From Caecitellus pseudoparvulus (taxonomy: Eukaryota; Protista; Bigyra: Bicosoecida), in NCBI GenBank assembly GCA_965644315.1, contig CBFFRQ010000034.1:175492-239491 (forward strand): 64,000 bases of DNA, in the 5' to 3' direction. The position numbers were made by a program, and so were the translations under genes. The notes under the pieces were generated by a model. The model was not told the DNA's origin, did not search any database, and saw nothing but the letters and a program-made list of their open reading frames with translations. Positions 58,501 through 64,000 of the stretch are shown here, in pieces. Every line of letters starts with the position of its first letter. The stretch's first letter is position 1.

Positions 58501-61500
58501 GCGTGACGTGGCCGCGGGGTGTCGGCACTCCTGCCCCTGACACTCCCTGACTTGGCAGCTCTCTCAGGCGTTGAGAGAGCACATCAATAGCCACCTTGAA
58601 CAACAGAGGCGACAGTGCGCCACCCTGGGGGACCCCGTTGGTGACTGGGAGGGGGTCGCAAAGACCATGGCCAGTGTGAATGGCCACTGTGGCGCGCTGC
58701 ATGTAGTCCTTCACGCAGCTGAGCAGGGGCTGTGGGAGGCTTGCTGACTCGAGGATCTCGAGTATCGCTTCGTGGCTGACAGTGTCAAAGGCACTCTTGA
58801 AGTCCACGAAAAGGACAAGGACACTGGCAGTGGGCTTGGCGCGCAGGTGGGCAGTGGACACCTCCTGCAAGGCCAGGATCTGCTCGTGGGTGTTGCGGGC
58901 ATGGGTGAAGCCTGCCTGCTCATGTGAGATCCAGTGCTGCACCCAGTCTTCGACACATGAGGCCACGACCGAGAAGAAGAGCTTGGCTTGGGGGGGACGG
59001 CAGACAATGAGCCTGTATGTCTGCACCCTCCCGGCCTGGCTGGCGGTCTTGGGGATGAGTGTCCCCACCCCACTGTGGTACTGACTTGGACATGAACCGG
59101 TGCTGATGGCCTGTTGAAGAGCGGCAGCGTACCTCTTCCGGAAGTCCTCGCTGGCATACTTGACATGCTCAGCCTGGTAGTGCCCTGTGCCAGGGTTGCG
59201 GTGGAGGCTCAGGGACTGGATCTTCTTCAGGATATGGTCCACGCTCGGGGTCCAGGCGGCTTCAGTCGACATGTGGGTCGGGGCCGATGGGAGCAGCCGG
59301 CCCAGTCCGAACTTCAGGGACACGACTTGCCGTGGAGGGGGGCTGATGATCTGGGCCATCTGGTCCCTGACCACAGCCCGCACTTGTGATGGGTCTGTGA
59401 TGAGGGTGCCGCTGTCGTCCATGACTGACTGGATGGACGACGAAGTGCCCTTCCTCCTTCTGCCGGACAGCTTCCGCACATGCAGGTGAGCAGTGAAGGG
59501 GTCAAGCCGGGCAAGGTCCCGGATGCGCTGCTGGACTTGGAACATGGCGGCCTTGTGTTTCTTGGCAACCAGCCGAGTACACTTGCGCATCGCCTTCTTC
59601 CTTTCAACATGGGTGGCAGCAAGGTCCTCCATGAGCATGTGCTTTCGTTCATCCGCACAACGTAGGTCAGCTGGGGCATGGGGTGACTGGCTATGCTGAA
59701 GAAGGTGCCGGCGTCGATGAAGCTTGCGGAGTTGCTTCTTGATCCGCCCTGTCCTCACTGTCATCCGCTTCTTGACAGAGCTGAGGGTGCGAATGTCGGC
59801 AAGGGCCTGAAGCAGCGGGGGTGCCACAACTTTGCACTTGGCATGGGCTTGTCGGGCAGCGTCGGCAACCAAATCATCCAGGCCTGACAGCAGGGTGTCT
59901 GCAGCTTGGCCGGGTGGGGGGGATGCGGCACCAGTGATGGATGAGTCAAGCAGCCGCCTGTGCAAGGTCTGTGCCCTGCGCCCTTCACGTGTAGATGATG
60001 CCCACCATGGCGGCACAGAGAAGGAAGAGTGGGCATGCCGGGCACCCTTTGGCCGTGGAGGGATCACAACTTGGACTGTTGCTGACAGGAGGTAGTGGTC
60101 ACTCAGGATCGACTTCTCCGGATTCTGCTTGCCTGCACTGGAGAAGGTTGTCGTCACTGTGTGTGGCACCTTGACCTGGGCCTTGAGCAGTGGGCAGACA
60201 AGGATGTGGTCCAGGGCTCTGCCGTTCGTGGCATGGGTGGAGCACCCGGCGAGCCCGGCTGGCTCGAGGTTACCATGCTCGCACACGATTGCGAGCTCCT
60301 TGACATCTGGGATGGGGTCAGCGACATCGGTCCGGTTCTGCCAGCATGTTGCGTCCCAAGCAGGAAGTCCGCCATCACCAGGATGGCAGTTGAGGTCCCC
60401 CATGAGGGAGATCATATGCGTGGTTCGCAGACTTTTTACAGCGTTGGCCAGCTGCTCCCAGACCTCTTGGCGGTGGGGCAGCTTAGTGTCTGGGTCTGCA
60501 AGTGGCTTCTTCCGCTGGGCCGTGTGCCAGTTGGGCACGTAGGCCGCGATAACAGCAAGGGGCCTTGGCTTCATGGGGATGGAGCAGGCGACCACACAGC
60601 GCCCATCGAGTCCAAGGTTGACTATCTGCGTGGCGCGTAGACGACGGTCGACCAGAAGCGCAACTTCACTGCGACCGGGTGGACGATCTGGGGGGGAGGG
60701 CCTGAAACATTGGAGCCCCATGACTTCCGAGTCAAGTGTGCCGTGGCCACCAGGTTCCGTGAGGCAGAGGACCAGTCTGGATGAACGGAGGCACACAGAC
60801 TGGGCGCAGATGAGAACCTTGTGCAGGTTGCGGCCACACGACCCAGCAACATTCCATGACACGAGCGACACTGGGATGCTGCTGGACTTTCCCACTGGTG
60901 TGTACGGACTCTGCTCCCACCTCGGGGGCATGGCATCCTCGTCTGATGGAATGAGTTGGAACAGAGGGTCGCGCTCCTTTGCCTCACTTGCTGCAGAGGC
61001 CTGTGCTCGAGTGAGCCGGCCTGCTTGAATGGTGACCCTGGTAGACTTCCCCGCGATGAACGTCTTGAGGTGGACAGCCCCCTCGTGGTCCACAAAGGGA
61101 AGGGGAGGGAAGGACTGGCGCAGACTGTGGAATATGTCTCGGATCCTGTCACAAAGAGGGACTGGGTTCCCGGTGTGGGGGGTTGCCGACACTCTGTACA
61201 CCATGTCCACTGCGTCATCGTAGAGTCTCTGCATACACTTGTGCATGGGCAGCTCAGTGCATGCATCAGGTGTGTCTGGGTTCCATAGGACAAGGACTCC
61301 ACGGTCATGGTCAGCCAGTATGAGAGTCAGGTGGGCAGCGTGGACTTGTTGGGGCCGGTGGAGAGCAAAGGCGAAGTGGACGCCATGGAAGTACCGCTCT
61401 TGCTCGTCCTCGTCCACAACCGCTTGTGGACTCACACCGCCATGGTGCTTGTTCCCGCCATGCAGGTCTTCATGCCCAACATTGATACGGTTCAGCAGCA

Positions 61501-63296
61501 TGTGGAGACCTGGCAGAAGCACTGGGGGAGACGTGGGCTGCAGCAGCGAGTCATCCGGAGTGAACCGGTACAGCAGTCGGGCCAATGCTGCTAGCTGGTC
61601 CTCGGGATCCGAAGAGGCCACGCCTCTAGTCGGCGCCAGGCACTGGACATCCGAGCTGGACGAGTCAGACAGGGCTGCAGCCTCTCGCTTGCGCAGGGTT
61701 TTGAATGCGCGTTGCGCTGCTTCCACTGTGGCTGCGTGTTGGAGGAGGAGAAGATCCTCGGGCTCCAGCACCTGAGCACCCGCTGCAGTTTCCAGACATG
61801 CTTGCACACAGTGGCGCTCGGAAAGGTTGCCAGCTACTGTGCTTGATGCAAGGAGGCGTTCCAGCGGGGACCCAGTTGGGATTCTGTGTCTTGGGAGATC
61901 CGCTGGGAGCCTGCTGCAGTCTTCCATCCGAACGACTTCAACGATTCCTGGGGAGGGTGGTGATGAGTCTGGCATGTCCAACGTGTCGCATGCCTGCGGT
62001 TCAGACTTGACACTTGGCTTGTCTGCACCAACAAACAAAGTCCTGGCCGTTTCAGTGCTGGGTGCCTGAGCGGGTTGGGCTGCTGACTGGGCATGGTGTT
62101 GTTGCTTTGAGTCTTGCTCAGCAGTTGGCGGTTGGTCCCATCGCGTGCTAGCCCCAGTGCGCACCCGAGAGGATGGAAGGACAACCTCCGTCGTGGGTCG
62201 CGGTGAAGTGGTGGGGGCAGGCATCACTGTACGGAAGGGGCGTCGGCTTGCTGAGGGCTCGGACGGGGGAGTCTTGAAGAGGTCAGCGAACGTTCGTCCT
62301 GGCACGACATTGGATGGCTTCGAAGACTTCGAGCGCTGTCCTCGGCGTACCTTCTTGCGCTTGCCTGGCACATGATGAGCAGTGTGGGCAGGCTTGGGTG
62401 GAGCAGGCCGGTTCACTTTGTCGACAGCGGCGTCGCCCTTGACGGGGACGGAATGTCGGACGAAGTGGCGGTCTTGACGAGCAGGCGGCGAGTGGCCATG
62501 AAGATGGGACTTGACGAGCTTCACGACTGAGCTTACGTCACCTGTCTCAACAGCAATCTTCGTGGCTTGGGGCATCAGGAGGTGGGCCGCCTTGAGCACT
62601 GGGGCCGAGGCAGTCACCTGCACCTTGGCCTTGGCGTTGGCGAACTGGCGTGTGTCTGGAAACACCACAGCCATGAAGCCACCTCGTCCAAGGCGCACAG
62701 TGAAGTCGTCCTCACGTGCTGCTGCTTCGCGTATGCTCCGTGCCAGCTCTGCGCTGGCACTTCCTCCGCCAAGCGAGACTAGCAGGGCAGCTGGGGTTCC
62801 TTGTGGGCGGCGCAACGCCGCTGCACCACGCCCAACTTCCGCACAGATGCCAGGGAACTGGGCCTCCGCCGCCTCACCAAAGACTTGAAGCCAGGAATCT
62901 CGGATTGTTGATGAAGATGTTGAAGGGTCTTCGTCGATGGGCACTCCGCCAAGCTCAAACGTTCGTGCAGCGCCTCGGCGCGGCATGTCAGTAAATCCGC
63001 CCGTTCTTGGTCCACGCATTGCTCGCGCAGCAATGCACTTATCCACGAAGAGCGCACCCAGTACTTGACTTGTCTTGGCTTCCATGGTGATGATGGAACG
63101 TGATGCAGGTATCCACAGGTGCAGACTCCCGCGGGGAGTGCACACTGCTTGCGCTGGTGTGATGGCGTGCGGAATTCGCACAGCTGCCACCCGCGCGCTG
63201 CACTGCCAACCCAAACACTGTGCAACACCACACTTGGGTGCACGAGCGCCTGGATTAGGCAATGTTAGCAATGCACAACCTATGATTAGGTTGACA
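55545..63296 (-). mobile_element. Element A: full-length telomere-inserted non-LTR retrotransposon (APE-type LINE, ~7.75 kb, no poly(A) tail)
   Basis: Bounded by TTAGGG repeats on both sides. Contains APE, RT and CCHC domains. Both termini are homologous to those of element B. Confidence 0.92.
56376..63085 (-). CDS. Single polyprotein of element A: ORF1-like region + APE endonuclease + reverse transcriptase + CCHC knuckle + C-terminal domain (~2,240 aa with one frameshift near 57000-57040; as assembled it stops at 56840)
   Basis: APE (~60080-60875): SWNVAG, LCLTEP, AYVPN, MGDLNCH, LDHILV, SDHYLL. RT (~58220-59200): YRLI, EQAGF, FVDFKSAFDTVSH, GVPQGGALSPLLF, LYADDL (58481-58492), GLAINPRKS, YSYLGV. 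CPLCHSVSWCSLQEHVLLDC (~57119-57178). ATG 63085 aligns with the start of B. Confidence 0.9.
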
Positions 63297-64000
63297 TTAG
63301 GGTTAGGGTTAGGGTTAGGGTTAGGGTTAGGGTTAGGGTTAGGGTTAGGGTTAGGGTTAGGGTTAGGGTTAGGGTTAGGGTTAGGGTTAGGGTTAGGGTT
63401 AGGGTTAGGGTTAGGGTTAGGGTTAGGGTTAGGGTTAGGGTTAGGGTTAGGGTTAGGGTTAGGGTTAGGGTTAGGGTTAGGGTTAGGGTTAGGGTTAGGG
63501 TTAGGGTTAGGGTTAGGGTTAGGGTTAGGGTTAGGGTTAGGGTTAGGGTTAGGGTTAGGGTTAGGGTTAGGGTTAGGGTTAGGGTTAGGGTTAGGGTTAG
63601 GGTTAGGGTTAGGGTTAGGGTTAGGGTTAGGGTTAGGGTTAGGGTTAGGGTTAGGGTTAGGGTTAGGGTTAGGGTTAGGGTTAGGGTTAGGGTTAGGGTT
63701 AGGGTTAGGGTTAGGGTTAGGGTTAGGGTTAGGGTTAGGGTTAGGGTTAGGGTTAGGGTTAGGGTTAGGGTTAGGGTTAGGGTTAGGGTTAGGGTTAGGG
63801 TTAGGGTTAGGGTTAGGGTTAGGGTTAGGGTTAGGGTTAGGGTTAGGGTTAGGGTTAGGGTTAGGGTTAGGGTTAGGGTTAGGGTTAGGGTTAGGGTTAG
63901 GGTTAGGGTTAGGGTTAGGGTTAGGGTTAGGGTTAGGGTTAGGGTTAGGGTTAGGGTTAGGGTTAGGGTTAGGGTTAGGGTTAGGGTTAGGGTTAGGGTT
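63297..64000 (+). repeat. Terminal telomere (TTAGGG)n, ~117 perfect units to the window end
   Basis: Read directly. The G-rich strand runs 5'->3' towards the end, as expected for a right-hand chromosome terminus. Confidence 0.99.

Noticed and set aside
55545-63296. Classifying element A as an Athena/Coprina Penelope-like element or a telomerase relative
   Set aside because: It has a complete APE endonuclease, LINE-type RT motifs (QAGF, DFKSAFD, GVPQG, YADD, YLGV) and a C-terminal CCHC knuckle.
63086-64000. The LINE reading frame stays open upstream through the UTR and into the telomere as (Pro-Asn)n
   Set aside because: Two of three frames of CCCTAA are stop-free by chance, there is no in-frame ATG, and element B has a frame-breaking indel in the same UTR.

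Overview
A GC-rich, intron-poor eukaryotic chromosome end, running centromere to telomere left to right. The (TTAGGG)n tract spans 63297-64000. An insertion in the MetAP2 fragment suggests a stramenopile-like protist, but this is inference. In order the window holds: the 5' part of a spliced C-type-lectin/Cys-repeat surface gene (- strand); a divergently transcribed giant gene of about 11,930 aa for a secreted, membrane-anchored protein (two exons; lipoprotein-N-like, helical, FN3-like, FG-GAP and PKD-like regions); a 5'-truncated MetAP2 pseudogene; a CCCH + DEAH-like + RBR gene whose helicase and E3 catalytic residues both look lost; and three tandem variant-ankyrin genes. The third ankyrin gene is cut off by a ~570-bp AT-rich, hairpin-bearing island that ends in a short telomeric tract. 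The main finding lies beyond that tract: a head-to-tail array of two related retroelements embedded in telomeric repeats, 3' ends pointing to the centromere. Element A (~7.75 kb) is an autonomous single-ORF APE-RT-CCHC LINE. Element B (~2.9 kb) is a diverged partner encoding only the N-terminal ORF1-like portion, stopping where the endonuclease would begin. They share a 55-nt identical 5' block, covarying RNA hairpins in both UTRs, no poly(A) tail and the same GGTTAG| junction. This resembles the Drosophila HeT-A/TAHRE pairing, but in a genome that still has telomerase-type repeats.
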